From Vicugna vicugna (Eukaryota), in NCBI GenBank assembly GCA_013265495.1, contig MU061578.1:2365308-2429307 (forward strand): a stretch of 64,000 nucleotides of DNA, read 5' to 3'. Both the position numbers and the translations under genes were made by a program. The notes below the pieces were generated by a model. That model was not told the origin of the DNA. It was given only the letters and a program-made list of their open reading frames with translations, and did not search any database. Below are positions 51,501-64,000 of this stretch, piece after piece; position 1 is the stretch's first letter, and the number at the start of each line of letters is the position of its first letter.

Positions 51501-52115
51501 ATTCAAGAGACAAATATCTATAGGATGGAGAGGCAGGCACACCAGGAGCAGGGTAATGTGGCCAGCGGTCCACCAGATGAGTTGTCTTGCACCCGGAACA
51601 CTAAGGCGGGTTCCCCAGCCCTTGAAAGTTTAAGGACCTTGTTATCTGCCCTGGGAAAAAAGGCCAATGGTGCCAGCATGTCTGATCCTCTGATCCCAAG
51701 ATCAAATTCCCCTGAAATTTCCTTTCTTCCCCCTGTTCTCTCCACTCCTTCTCCTCCAGACCCTGAAAAAAATGGCTCTTTGTTTCACAGCATGACTCCG
51801 GGTGTTTCACAGTAGCTCCTGGCACCAGAATTGACCATCACATCCCTGATCTAACACATAACCAAAGGTGACAAGACCAAGAGGTTCTTTCATTGAGTCC
51901 CGACCCTGGCAGTTTCAATATCTAGGAAAAAACAGCTTTCACAGACTCTAAGTAAAATTGCTGGAGGCTCTGGTCCAACTTGACATATCACTGCAGATCC
52001 CCAATTACCACACTTTGCCACGGATGGTGTCCTTGGAAATAAACTTGGATGGAATTGAAATAAATCTGTTCCATCAAATCTTTCTTTTTCCTGAATGATG
52101 AGAGGTCATTCTAAC

Positions 52116-52192
52116 CTTGCCATGAGCCCAAGAAGAACTCTGCCTTTGAGCTAGACACAAAATTAGTGCCGGAGATTTCAAAGCTTCTCGCT
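52116..52192 (-). other. Candidate 77-nt spliced exon of the minus-strand gene
   Basis: Acceptor gccgtcttttattttcag| and donor AAG|gttaga; non-repeat context; ATG (CTCATGG) 8 nt before the donor. Confidence 0.45.
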
Positions 52193-53329
52193 CTGAAAAT
52201 AAAAGACGGCCAATAACAGATCATCTTCTCTGTGCCCTCATATCCACAGCACCATATTGGACGAGTGAATACATTAACTAATGAATAAACAGGTGACAAG
52301 GGGAATGCGGTCCTGGAAAGAATGTTATGGGGTCGACTCAACAAAAAAGACACATTTGGGGAAAAAAGTTCTCATCAATTCCAGGGTTATAACCCTAAAC
52401 TTGAGTTGTAAAAAACACTAAGACCATGGTCCCCAAATAATTTCTACTGAAATACATTTGAGGGTGAAACAAGTGACACCCCCCATCCCAAAAGTAGGGA
52501 GCAGTGTATCCAGCAGAGAACCTGGGACCCTCCTAGAGAGAAGAGGACAAATAGCATCCCAAGGGCAAAGGACATTAAGCCATATTGTTAGTAATAGTCA
52601 TCATACAAAGCCCTAATGTTAAAGTAAAATTGGAAACACATTCAAAAGCTTATATTGTCACCCTTTCCTTGGCGTCTCCAGAGGCCTGACATTTGCATAA
52701 TGGCTTTCTTTTGTACTTTTTCTTCCCAGCTAATTGGTTTAGAATACCTCTGTTAAAGAGACCCGCTTCCAGAAATGTTTCTAAGGCACGAAAGGAGGAA
52801 AATGTCTGTTTCCCCATATCTGGTATTCAGAATATAGAATATAGAATTTTGACCATGGGCCATAGAGGAGAATGCTCATGATCTCTTAGAAATGTTAATG
52901 TGTAAGTTCCCTCCCAGAGACTAAGGATCAGACATCTAGCTGCTTCCATTCATCTTCCCACCCTTCCAGTCCTAAGAATGTAGACGGTTACAGTGTTGTG
53001 TTAGGAGGACAGAATTGGTAGAAGGACTATGGGAATTCACAAACCCCAGAATTACAATAAAACCTTGACGTAATTCCCATTCCTTGCACGAGGTTAAGTC
53101 TCGACATTACCCAATCTCATGCTATGGGAGGTTGCCAGTAGCCAATGAAATCTCCTGTCGTCTGCTATTGAAATGCCTCTGCATTGCCTGCATGTTGTAC
53201 CATGGTTGCCATTATAGAGAGAGCATTAAGGAGGACTGGGTGGCAGTATGAAATGCCACAGCAAGGCCAAATAACATAAGGGCTGGAGGTCATCTGTTGG
53301 GTTTGGTACCATGGAATTCACCAGTATCT

Positions 53330-54440
53330 TGCCCAGAGAAGTCCAATGGCAGGCCCAAGAGTCAACTTACAGTAGGTTGAGACAAAAGAAGATGTTGAGT
53401 ATAGACCACTCTTGAGATGTTTGGATAAAAATGTGAGAAAAGAGACAGAGGATTAAAAATCACTACTCAATAAATATTTATTGCACACCTACCAAGTAAA
53501 GGCACTATATTAGACTTCGTGGAAGAGAGCTTAATATTCAAAGGTATGTAAGAATCCAGGACCCCTGTGCTCCTGAAGCTTACAGTCTACAGAGGATAAA
53601 ACATATGAATAGGCAATTGTAAATGATGTAGTAAGTACTGTGGGAGCACACAGGAGGAATCCACTCCAAACTTGGGAAGTCAGATAATCCTTTCTGGAGG
53701 AAGCGACATATGCTTCCTGGAGGAATTGGCATATGCCTCTCGGCATACGTGACCAATGAATTGAGAATTTAAGGATAAGTCAGAGTTAGCAAGCAAAGTG
53801 TGCATCTAGAGGGGGTAAGAGAAGAGAGATTGTCACGCAAATTAAACAGCGTATGCAAATACCCAGAAGAAAGAGAATGAATGTATTCATTTAAATAATA
53901 AATATTTATCAGTAATTTACATAAGTACTGTTTTAGGTGTTTGGAATAGAGCAGGGAACAAGACAGGTAAGATTCCCAAATTCATTAGTCTTTCATTCTA
54001 GACAGGGAGAGGCAGACAATAAACAAGCATGATCATCCAGACACAAATAGATCCTGGTAAGAAAGACACAAGGTGGTGGATGGGCAGAATGAAAGGACTG
54101 CAGGATGGCTGAGTGCAGTAAGCAAGGGAGTTGAGGGTAAGATGCTCACTAGGAGAGGTAGGCAGGGCCAGTCTATGCAGAGCCGCACTACGGGGCTGAG
54201 CTTACTGCTAACAGCGGTAAGAGGAGGGTGAATCACCACGGAAGAGTTTTGGAGTTGTGCAAGAGAGCATGATGAGTAGCAAGAATGAGATTCGAGGTCA
54301 AGGGGAATTTTCCTTCTCAGGATGAGAAAGGCAATAGTTCATTTATATTCCAAGAGGGGGAAACAAATGTAAAAAAGAAACTGATAAACTGATAGAGCCA
54401 CTTCAGGAGAAGGGAAGACTCAAGGTCACAGGTGGAGAAC
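53330..54440 (-). mobile_element. L2 fragments (at least two 3' ends)
   Basis: ctcaataaatatttattgcacacctacc...cctgtgctcctgaagcttacagtcta; a second taaatatttatcag...tcattctagacagggag. Confidence 0.8.
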
Positions 54441-54829
54441 AGAGAATCAGACCAGGTTCAAAAAAGGAGGTGTAAACCACCCCCCTCCCCACCCCAAATG
54501 ACCAAGCCCCAACCCTGCTGGGGTCTCTGAGTGATGTGGGTTTCATTTACCTGCAGAAAATCTGTGGCTTTGTTTTCCTTGTTTTAAGACAACATAAATA
54601 AATCTGAGACCTGATTTATTATCCCACCAGCTGCCATATTTCAGACTTGGGGATCATAGCCACACTAGATTACACGTGAAATGGATTCTAAATCAAAGTT
54701 TACTATGGCTCTTAAGATGTACCTAATAGAGTTTATAAATCAAAAAATACACAAACTATGCCTAAACATCCCAGAACCAGAACAGGGACCAGAACGCTGT
54801 AAGCCTAATCAATATGTCAATATGTGCAA

Positions 54830-54930
54830 AGCATCCCAGGTGGGTCTGAGGAGGGTGGGCCCACAGACTGCGCATTTTAACAAATTCTCCAGGTGTCTCT
54901 TTCATACCTTGATGTCTGAGAACTCCTGCT
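54830..54930. mobile_element. MER5A-like fragment
   Basis: gtgggtctgaggagggtgggcccacagactgcgcattttaacaaattctccaggtg. Confidence 0.7.
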
Positions 54931-55319
54931 CTAGAAGTCTGACACCTTTGCACTCTCATTACTGCACCTCAGATGGAGTGTCAATTGTACAGCTTGATAT
55001 GAACTGGGGGCTTTGGCCAGACAGCTACAAAGACTGACCCTTTCTCCTCCAAGGGGGCCAACAGTCTCAGAGTCCCACTCCCCACACACACTAAGATGAT
55101 GCAGGAACAGAGCCATGGAGTTTGCCCAAGATCCAGGCTTTTCTCAATGACCATGTTCAGGATCCCATGGACAAGGGAACGAAGGGGACCAGTTCTACTT
55201 GCATTGTGATACACTGTACCAGTCCCTATGTGAATATCTCAAAAGCTTCTCTGATCACGGAGTAATTTACAAAGGCTATAGATCTTCAAACGGCATTTCT
55301 TAAATCAAGAATGCCTGAT

Positions 55320-55660
55320 ACCAGGGCCTTTGCACATGCGTCCCCAACTCTTTCACTCATACTTCACATGGCTGCCTCCTCATGCTTTGGTTATTAACTA
55401 CAAGCTGCCTTCCTGGAGTGTCCCTCCTTGTCCTCCATCAGATCCACCCTTCCCACTCTTCCTCACTGCACCCTACGTATTTACTAATACCGTGTATCAC
55501 AATGTGTAGCTGTTCATTATATTTTTCTCACCTGTTTGTTATCTGTCTATAAGCTCCATGAGGCCATATAAGGCCCATCTGCCTTACTTACCATCATCTC
55601 TCTCATATCTGTGCCTTGTAAAATGCAAGACACATAACAGAAACTCAAAATCTTTTTGAA
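55320..55660 (+). mobile_element. L2 3' region
   Basis: ccagggcctttgcacatgc...tataagctccatgaggcc. Confidence 0.8.
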
Positions 55661-55664
55661 AAGG

Positions 55665-55910
55665 TCAAAAAGTCAAATAAATTTGGGAAGTTCTAGCTTA
55701 AACAAAGCTTAACAAGTTTCTTGCCTGTAGGAATCCTCAGAGCCTTAAAATACTAATATGAGTTGTGTGTCAACAGGAAAGGATAATACAGTATGCAGTG
55801 TGTCTCAAACTTATTTGGCCACAGAATTTTTTTCCCATGGCTTTTTCCTTTCCTTGGAGCATCTTGTGCAACTAATGTCCCAAGGAACACTCTTCGGGAA
55901 ACAATGCTTT
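55665..55910. mobile_element. MER103C-like hAT-Charlie fossil
   Basis: gtcaaataaatttgggaa...ttaaacaaag...ctcagagcctt...agtatgcagtg...caaacttatttggccacagaa. Confidence 0.65.
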
Positions 55911-58900
55911 GAAGATTATCGGTATGCGAGGTGCTTGAGGGTAGAGGCTTGGAATGCAGTAGCCAAAATGCCCAAGAGGGGCGAGGCTTGGCAACCTCTC
56001 CCAGCCCACCAGCCACCCTGGTAAATGTCTCCCCTCAAACTACACAGGCAGCCAACCTGGGGAGCTGTCACTTCCTACTTAACAACAAGCAGAAAACATT
56101 TTTTTAAAGCCTTAGAAAAAAAAAGGAAAAAAAAAAGATAAATACTTCCCCGTTCTCTGAACTAATGTCAAATGACCTGGAAACGTTGCCTCTGGGAGCT
56201 CAAGCCATAGAACAAAGTAGCATTTCATCTTCCTCGTCTGACAGCTCAATTTCAGCAGCTACCGGGGAGGGTGGGCAAGCCCCCACCACAGCCAGTCACG
56301 AATGTCACCGTTTACACTGAGATCCCTTTGATAACACTCTCTGTAGATGGCAGGCTTGGAATTATTCCTTAGGCAAAGCAAACCCTCCGTTAATATGACG
56401 GCCACCCTCTGCAGACTCTACCTACACAACCACAAGAGGGAAATGTGTTCTTTAACTAACATGTGTTCATTCTTCCCAATATAAATTCTAAGTCGCTGGC
56501 TTAGACATAAATCACAGTAGAATAGAGGGAGGGAGGTCTTTCTAAGGAATACACTTAGTCAAAAACTTCCCGACCCTCAACTCTCACCTCAAAAGAGCTA
56601 CAACTAGGACTGCCTCCATGGCACTGAAAAGGTGTGTTTTAAAATAATTTTATTATAAAAATTTGAGACCCCTCCAGGTATCATTTATATAAGGCCCTCC
56701 TCCTCCAACACAAGTCTCAAACCCTGAGGATCAGCTTTGCCTTGGCCACAACCAGCCCCTTGGCAACAGGAGGGTGAATGAATTTGGTTGTGGGGTGAGA
56801 TCTCCATCTGCCCAGGGGTTGCATTGTGCATTTAGGGGGATTTCCCTCTACCCCATCATATATTTAGTGCCACTGATCTGGGCTGATTTCATACTGCTGG
56901 TCTCACCGTACGCATTTCTTATCAATGTGCTCAGCACACGCACACGCACACGCGCACACACACAGGACTCAGTAGAAGCAGGCAGCACCTCTGGCTTCAG
57001 GGTGGCTCTTCATCTGTGTCCTCTGTGTTTGCTCCCACAGTACTAAGCCAGCACCTGTGTAACTACAAACCACTGCTCCCTCCAACCTATATTCTGAGGG
57101 ATAAAGATTTATCTTTATAAAGACACTTCGGGGATTGCTCTGTACCCTCTGTTGTTTTAAGAATAATAAAATATCAGATCCAAAGTGATTCTGGAGATTT
57201 CCTTTTTCTTCATTTATCCATCCATCCATCCAGCATTGAGTACGCACATGCCCAGCATTGTTCTACATACTGTTCTACCCAAAACCCATCTCCACAGCCG
57301 TACCCTACTCCATGAGCTCCTGGAATTGTAAATTAGACATAACATTTTACCAACAGAATTGGAGGAGATTTTACTGGCTGCAAATGACACCCGCCTCACA
57401 GAACAGCATATCCCAGGGCAAGCTCAACTCCAGAGACACCTAGATAAATATGTGGCAAACTCCAGAATTACAGTAACTTTCAAGTTCCTTTCTACTAATT
57501 CTATTCTGTCCATTGAATTGAAACCACCACACCCACAGGGAGGGGGGCAGGGGGCAGCTGGTTCGGGGGTGGGCAGTACCACCCCAGACCCAGGCAAGAG
57601 GGGCTCCTACCCTGCACCTGCACTGCAGTGAGCCCACAAGCCACAACACACAAAAAAGTAAATTTCATCAATTATTTCTCAAGAAAGCTGGAAAAATAAA
57701 ATGAAGAGCTCAAAAATGGCCCCCAAAAGTAATTTTATTAAAGAAACGTGAGCATTTCAGTCTTCTGGGATTTGGTTGTCAGGCTGGCCCAGCACAACCT
57801 GGGACCATAAACACCCATGCTTAGGGCTAACACTGCTCCAGGTCCAGGGAACTGCATCTCTGCACTATGTCCTTGAAACAGCCCTTGTTGAATTTTCAGG
57901 ATGGGAAAGGAAAGTGCTTGTTGGAGAATGTCACTCACCTTTGAGACTGAGTTAAGGCTCCAGAGGCAGCTGCTTATCCAAAACCAGAAGGGAAGCCACC
58001 CTCAACTCTCAAGGGTTTAGAGGGGAAAGTGAGGCAAGGTGTCAAGAGAAAGTGCCCAGCAAGTAAGGACGGGGGGCGGGGGGGCGGTATTTAGGAATAT
58101 AATTTAACCCAGAGAAGCTTCCACAACTGATGGTCTACATCAGCTCTCTGAGCTTTTAATAGGCAAAAGGCACAGTTTATTTCTGAGGCCACAGGCCACT
58201 GGGGTCCTTCTCATGACCTAACCATTCCTTGTTCTTCAGCTGTGGTTTCCAAGAGTCTATATGCGGAAGTAACACTTTCTGGAAAAATCAGCCCTTCATT
58301 CTGAAATACCATCAGCATTTGGTGTAACGACGCCCTTTGAAAATAAAGGTCACCCATTTTGGGGGGATAAAAGCATGAATTTTTATTGTTATTGACAGTT
58401 TAAAAAATTTTATGTCCTTATAGGAAAAAAAGAAACATCATTTATCTGACTGTCCTACCTGACTGTGAACTCCACAAGGGCAGATACTTCTTTCTCCTTT
58501 ATTTTTGCTAATATATCCAAAGTGCCTAGAATGGTACCTAGTACATAAGTGGTGCTCATTAAATCAATAAATATTTTTTGATTCGTTTGGTAATATTAAG
58601 TCAGTGACATCAATTTTTTTTAATGCTACAGGTCTGAAATAACATCTGGCAATAACATCAGATCGATTCACAACAGCCACCAGAAGAATGAGCCCACACT
58701 TTCAGTGCCTCCCACATAGCAATGCTGGCAAGACAGACAAGGAAAGGTGGGCTCGTGGACTTTCTGCTTATTTACAGCAAATCACAGAGCAGGTGCCACA
58801 AGTCAGTGCTCTTGAGATCTTAAGTCTCAGTCCTACCCTAGAACCCTTCTCTAACCTCAGTCACTGCCCTCCACCAACGCTCCTCTCAAATGCTCCTGCA

Positions 58901-58924
58901 CACAGCCCCTCTCTCACTGTGACA

Positions 58925-59526
58925 CAGTCAAGTCTGCAGTAACGCTTGTTTTGAAAATGTTCATCTGTTCCAGTGTGACTGATCTATTAGGAAACAATCT
59001 GTGCATAACACATATTTTGCATTTTCTTACACGTGATTTTGTTTGCGAGAGAAACATGAGGTGAACGCAGAAAGCTGTAACCAGCTGAACTGAGGTACTT
59101 AGAAGTATGCAAAACACACATATGTGCACACACACAAACTCAAACATATACCAGTTACTTGAGTCCACCGCCTGTGTTAGGAGCCACACACATCCACGCC
59201 TGGGGTCACAACATGCCTTCCAATTACAGACAACCCTGCTTCCACCAGCTCCAGCAACTCACAAATTGCACTCCTTCCAATGCCAGCTTCCACATCAAGG
59301 TAAAGTGTGATATTTATTGTAGTATGTTTGTATTTCTTAACCACTAAACATGTGTAAAACTGTGTTACCATTTTTATTAGATTTCTACCTTTTTTTAATG
59401 TCTTGCTGATAAAGTTTTCAATCTATGTACTCCAACCCCATTTCCCCCACACAGTTTTACTGTGCAATTCTGCACAACACAGTGACTTTTAGGAACATAC
59501 ATGTCACGTGACAGCAGAACTATCAC
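58925..59526 (+). mobile_element. Tigger13a-like DNA transposon fossil
   Basis: Starts cagtcaagtctgcagtaacgcttgttttgaaaa; internal ggtgaacgcagaaa...ccagctgaac; ends acagcagaact. Confidence 0.8.
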
Positions 59527-60043
59527 CCTGCATTTATCACATCTGCATCTCTAAGCATCTTGTTGGCTAAGCCATTTCCTCTACCAAAGAATTTCCAAGT
59601 ATTTGTAACCAATAGGGGTCACTTTATTTTAACAAAGAGGACCACCTACAATATATATTTCCTACCCCTATTACTTATCTGAACTCTGATACAGTAAAAT
59701 TTCCTTCTGATCAGTATTACCCATCAGACCATGGTTGTGGGGGTGACCATAAGCAAACCCAGTTACCAGCAGAGAAGGCAGCATTCACCCTAGAATGGTC
59801 AAGCTCAGAGAGTGGGATGATGAGACAGAGATGTTGGCGGGCTGGAATGATGGGGCTCCCTAGCTCTCCCAAACACTGACTGTAGTTCAGTTCCTTCTCA
59901 ACGATTTCTCCACTTGCTCACGGTCACCTCAGGGACAACCACATGAACGTGCAGACAGAGGAGGAAGCAAAGGCATTCAAGTTAATCCTCGAATGTCGTG
60001 TTCCTCCAACAGCATCTCCCTTTTCAGGAGAGGATCTACATAC

Positions 60044-60108
60044 CACTGCTTTGTGACGAGCATAGAGCTATTTCAGAATCCATGTTAAACAAAATCACCC
60101 TCCATTTG
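60044..60108 (-). other. Candidate 65-nt spliced exon carrying a strong-Kozak ATG
   Basis: Acceptor ctctctgctgtttttggaaattgtttttattgatag| with no other AG for more than 40 nt upstream; donor GTG|gtatgt; AACATGG with ATG at 60083-60081. Confidence 0.4.
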
Positions 60109-60249
60109 CTATCAATAAAAACAATTTCCAAAAACAGCAGAGAGAATATGTGCAAGGTGGAGGGGATTTCTTTCCCAGAAGCACCTATGTGGCCCTTCCA
60201 TCTTCTTCCTGGGATCCTTGAAATTGGGTGAGAATCAGGTGTTTTTACC

Positions 60250-63200
60250 AAGAGTGAACTTAGTGTTCAGCTGTACAGCTTGCAAAGTTTATACATACAT
60301 ACATATATACATACATACATACATACATAAATTTTCTCCTTGAAACCATCACCACATTCAAGACAGGGAAATAGCTATCAGCCCCAGAAGTTTTCTTGTG
60401 CCCCATTGTAATCCTTCCCTCTCACCCTTTCCCACCCCTACCCATCTCCAGGACACAAATGATCTGCTCTCTATCCCTATAGATTAGTTTGCATTTTTTA
60501 GAATTTATACAAATTGGGATCATATAGCATGTAGTCTTCTTTATCTGGCGTCTTCCACTCAGCATAAAGTTTTTGAGACTCATCTATGTCATTGCTCATA
60601 TAAATAGTTCATTCCTTTACACTGCACAGTAGTAGTGCATCAGATGCATGCACCACAAATGTTTCTCCACCCACCTGTTGATAGACATTTGGGTCGTTTT
60701 CAGGTTTTGGTGATTACAAATAAAATCTCCGTGAACATTCAAGCATATGTCTTTGGGCACATGCTTTCCTTTCTCTTGGATGAATACCTAGGAGTGGAAT
60801 GGCTAGATCATATGGTAGGTGTATGTTTAATTAAGAAAATGCCAAGCTGTTTTCCAAAGTGGTTACACCATTTTACACTTCCACCAGCAGCGTATGAGAG
60901 CTCCAGTTTCTCCGCATCCTTGTCAGCACTTGGTGTGGTCAGTGTTTTTAATTTTAGTCATTCTAGCAGATTTACAGTAGTATCACATGGTGGTTTTAAT
61001 TTGTATTTCCTTAATGACTGATGATGCTGAAAGCCCTTTCATGTTTTTATTTGCCACGAATATCTAATTTGGAGAAGTTGTCTGTTTAAATATTTTATCA
61101 TTGTTCTTTAATACATGTTTTCTTAGTATTGAGTTTTGAGAGTTCTCTACAGATTCTGGATACAAGTTCTTTATCAGATATACAATTTGCAAGTATTTTC
61201 TCTGTCTATAGCTCGTCATTATCTTAACAGTGCTTTGAGAAAAGCAGCTTTTAATTTTGGTTAACTTCAACTTATCATCCTTTTATAGGTCATGCTTTTA
61301 GTGTAATGTTTAAGAAATCTTTACTCAATCTATGCTTAAGTCATAAATTTATCTCCTGTGATGTCTTCTAGAAGGCTAATAGATTTAGGTTTTACATTTA
61401 GATACACAATACATCTTCAGTTAAGTTTTGTTTATGCTGCAAGGTATAGTTTGGAGTTCATTTGTTTGCATATGGGTATCCAATTGTCACAGCATCGTTT
61501 GTTGAAAAGACTATTCTTTCTCTACTAAACTCTCTTTACTATTCCATTGATCAACTTATCTATCATGATGCCAACACTACAGTGTTGATTACTATCGCTT
61601 TGCAATAAATCTCAAAATCAAGTAATGTTAACCCTCCAAGTTTGTTCCTCTTTTCCAAAGTTGTTTTGCGATTCTGTCTTTCATTTTACATATAAATTTC
61701 AGAATCAGCTTGCTAATTTCTACCAAAAACCCTACAAAACCCATTGAGACTGTAATTTGGATTCCATATGGGAGAACTGACATCTTAACAATATTCAGTC
61801 TTTTCTGCTTCATAAATATTGGTCCATTTATTTAAGTCTTCATTAATTTCTCCCATTGATGTTTTATAGTTTTCAGTGTACAGATCTTATACAAATTTAG
61901 CCAAATGTATCACTACGTATTCCATATTCTTTGATGCTATTGTAGATGGTATTTTTTACTTCAATTTCCAATTGTTCATTGCTAGAACATAGAAATACAA
62001 TTGCTTTTTGTATAATGATCTTGTTGTCCTGCAACCTTGCTAAACTCATGTATTTATTCTGTTAGATTTTTTTTGTTGATCTCATTGGATTTTCCACATA
62101 GATCAACATGTCATCTTCAAATAAACACATATTTATTTCTCCTTTCCAATCTAGATGTCTTTTATTTATTCCTTTTATCTTTTTAGAGTGACTTATTCCA
62201 CAATAGTATTGAATGAAAGCGGTGAAAGCAGACATCCTTGACTTATTTCTGATCTTAGGGGTAAAGCAATCTTTCATATTAAGTATGATGTTAACTGGAA
62301 GTTTTTCATAAATGCCTTTTATCGGTTTGAAGAAATTCTCTTCTAATTGATTGAGATTTTTTTTATTAAGAATGGATTGTTTATAAACATTTTTTCTGTG
62401 TCCGGTGAGATGATTGTATGTTTTAACATTTTGTTTCTTAATATGGTGAATTACATTGATTGATTTTTGCATGTTAAACCAACCTAGCCTAACCCAGCAC
62501 CCCCTCGTCACTCTTGGCTATGATGTATTATTCATTTTATATATATTGCTAGATGTGGTTTCCTAAAATTTTGTTTAAAACATATGCATCTATATACATA
62601 AGGGACATTAATCTGTAGTTTTCTTTTGTCGTATTTTATTTCAGGTTTTGGTATCAGGGTAATGCTGGCCTCATAAAATAAATTAGTAAGTATTCTCTCC
62701 TCTTCAGTTTTCTAAAAGCATTTGTGTAGAATTGGTATTATTTCTTCCTATAATATTTGCTAGAATTTAATGGTAAATCCAGTTGGACCTGGAGTTTTCT
62801 TTGTGGAAGGTTTTTAACTACAAATTCAATTTTAAAAAATAGATATACAATTAATCCAGTTACCTAGTTCTTCTTGAGTGAGTTTCGTAGTTCGAGTCTT
62901 TCAAGAAATTTGTCCATTTCATCTGTGCTGTTGAACTTCTGTGCATAAAATTATTCATAATATTCTCTTTTCTTAATAGCTAAAGAATCTGTAGTACTGT
63001 CACCTCTCTCATTCCTAATATTGCTAATTGGGATATTGTCTTGACCACACTGGCTAGATGTTTCTTAACATACTAATCTTGTCAAAGAACCAGCTTTTGA
63101 ATTCATTGATTTTTCTCTATTGTTTTTCTGTTTTTCATTTCATTGGTTTTACTTTGATGTTTATTATTTTCTTCTGCTTACTTTGGGTTTAATTTGCTCT

Positions 63201-64000
63201 TCTCTTTCTGGTTTCTTAAGGTTGAATTTGAGACCTTTCTTCTTGCCTAATACAGGCACTGAGTGCTATACATTTCTCCCCCTAAGTATCTCTTTAGAAG
63301 AATCCCACAAAGTTTTGATCTGTCATATTTTCATTTTTGCTCTATTCAACATACTTCATTATTTCTCTTTTGATTTATTTTTCACCCATGGGTTATTCTG
63401 AATATGTTATTTAACATCCAAAATCTTAGAGACTTTCCAGAGCTCCTTTTGTTGTTGATTTCCAATTCAATTCCATTGTGACCAAAGAACATACTATGTA
63501 CAACCTGAAACCTTTTAAGTCTACTGAGATTGGTTTTATGGCCCAGAATATAACCTATTTTAGTAAACGTTCTGTGTGTTCTTGAAAAGGATGTATATTC
63601 TGTGGTTGCTGAGTGGAGTGCTTTACAGGAGTCAGGTCAAGCTGATTGGTAATGTTGTTCGGGTCTTTTGTATCCCTACTGAATTTTTGTCTATTCTTTG
63701 TATCAGTTGTTATGAGGGGTATATTGACATAGTCAACTGTAATTATGGATTTGACTAACTCTTGCAGTTATATCAGCTTTGGTCAGTGTCTCCTTGCACT
63801 TACATCAGTTTTGCTTCATGCAATTTAATCTCTATTACTTGGTACATAAACATTTAATATTGTGAGGTCCTCCTGATGAACTATCATTATGCAAATTATC
63901 TTCATGCATGATAATAATCAATACTTTGCAATCTACTTTGTCTGATAATCACTTTGGTTTTATTTCCTTAGTGTTAGCATTTTGTATCTTTTCTATCCTT
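60250..64000 (-). mobile_element. Large decayed L1M (L1MB7/8- or L1MC-like): ORF2 remnants and 3' UTR, runs off the window
   Basis: ORF2 remnants in the ORF track (GWFNMQKSINVIHHI..., LFEDDMLIYVENP, RLNIVKMSVLP, KLILKFI); 3' UTR hallmarks near 60330-60900; many stops and frameshifts. Confidence 0.95.
60291..60328. repeat. (ATAC)n microsatellite inside the L1 3' UTR
   Basis: Visible directly in the sequence. Confidence 0.92.

Noticed and set aside
54540..54570. Second AG|GT juxtaposition (ttttctgcag|gtaaat, minus strand)
   Set aside because: Very short pyrimidine tract with an upstream AG and A-rich context.
27061..60108. Naming the host gene (alternative N-termini of the Rho-GEF ARHGEF3 came to mind)
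   Set aside because: Only a vague, unverified recollection. I found no exon I can positively match to a known gene, so no symbol is assigned; a BLAT search would settle it.
62062..62511. Reverse-transcriptase-like ORF
   Set aside because: A frameshifted remnant of L1 ORF2, not an intact RT or a retron-like system.
1..64000. CRISPR array, operon, tRNA/rRNA, miRNA hairpin or prokaryotic defence system
   Set aside because: No regularly spaced direct repeats, no gene-dense structure and no recognisable structural RNA; the tRNA-like B-box motifs (ggttcgagtcc, gttcaaatcc) belong to MIR heads.

Overview
This is placental-mammal genomic DNA, not prokaryotic: it is CpG-depleted and dense in ancient MIR, L2, L1M, MaLR LTR and hAT/Tigger fossils. 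I see no operon, rRNA, tRNA, CRISPR array or intact long CDS. Essentially all ORFs in the supplied track are chance ORFs or decayed repeats. The window reads best as the intronic interior of a large minus-strand gene that I cannot name. Three small candidate exons with good splice signals (60044-60108, 52116-52192, 27061-27120) splice into a stop-free 59-codon frame from a strong-Kozak ATG, with overlapping short ORFs; a weaker fourth exon lies at 1215-1270. Other points are a recursive-splice-like AG|GTAAG site, a near-consensus CTCF motif, an overlapping STAT/NF-kB element, transposons with intact target-site duplications, an inverted L1MB pair, and no recognisable young lineage-specific SINEs. 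I found nothing I can support as a new biological system. Repeat subfamily names are from remembered consensus sequences, and most repeat boundaries are approximate.
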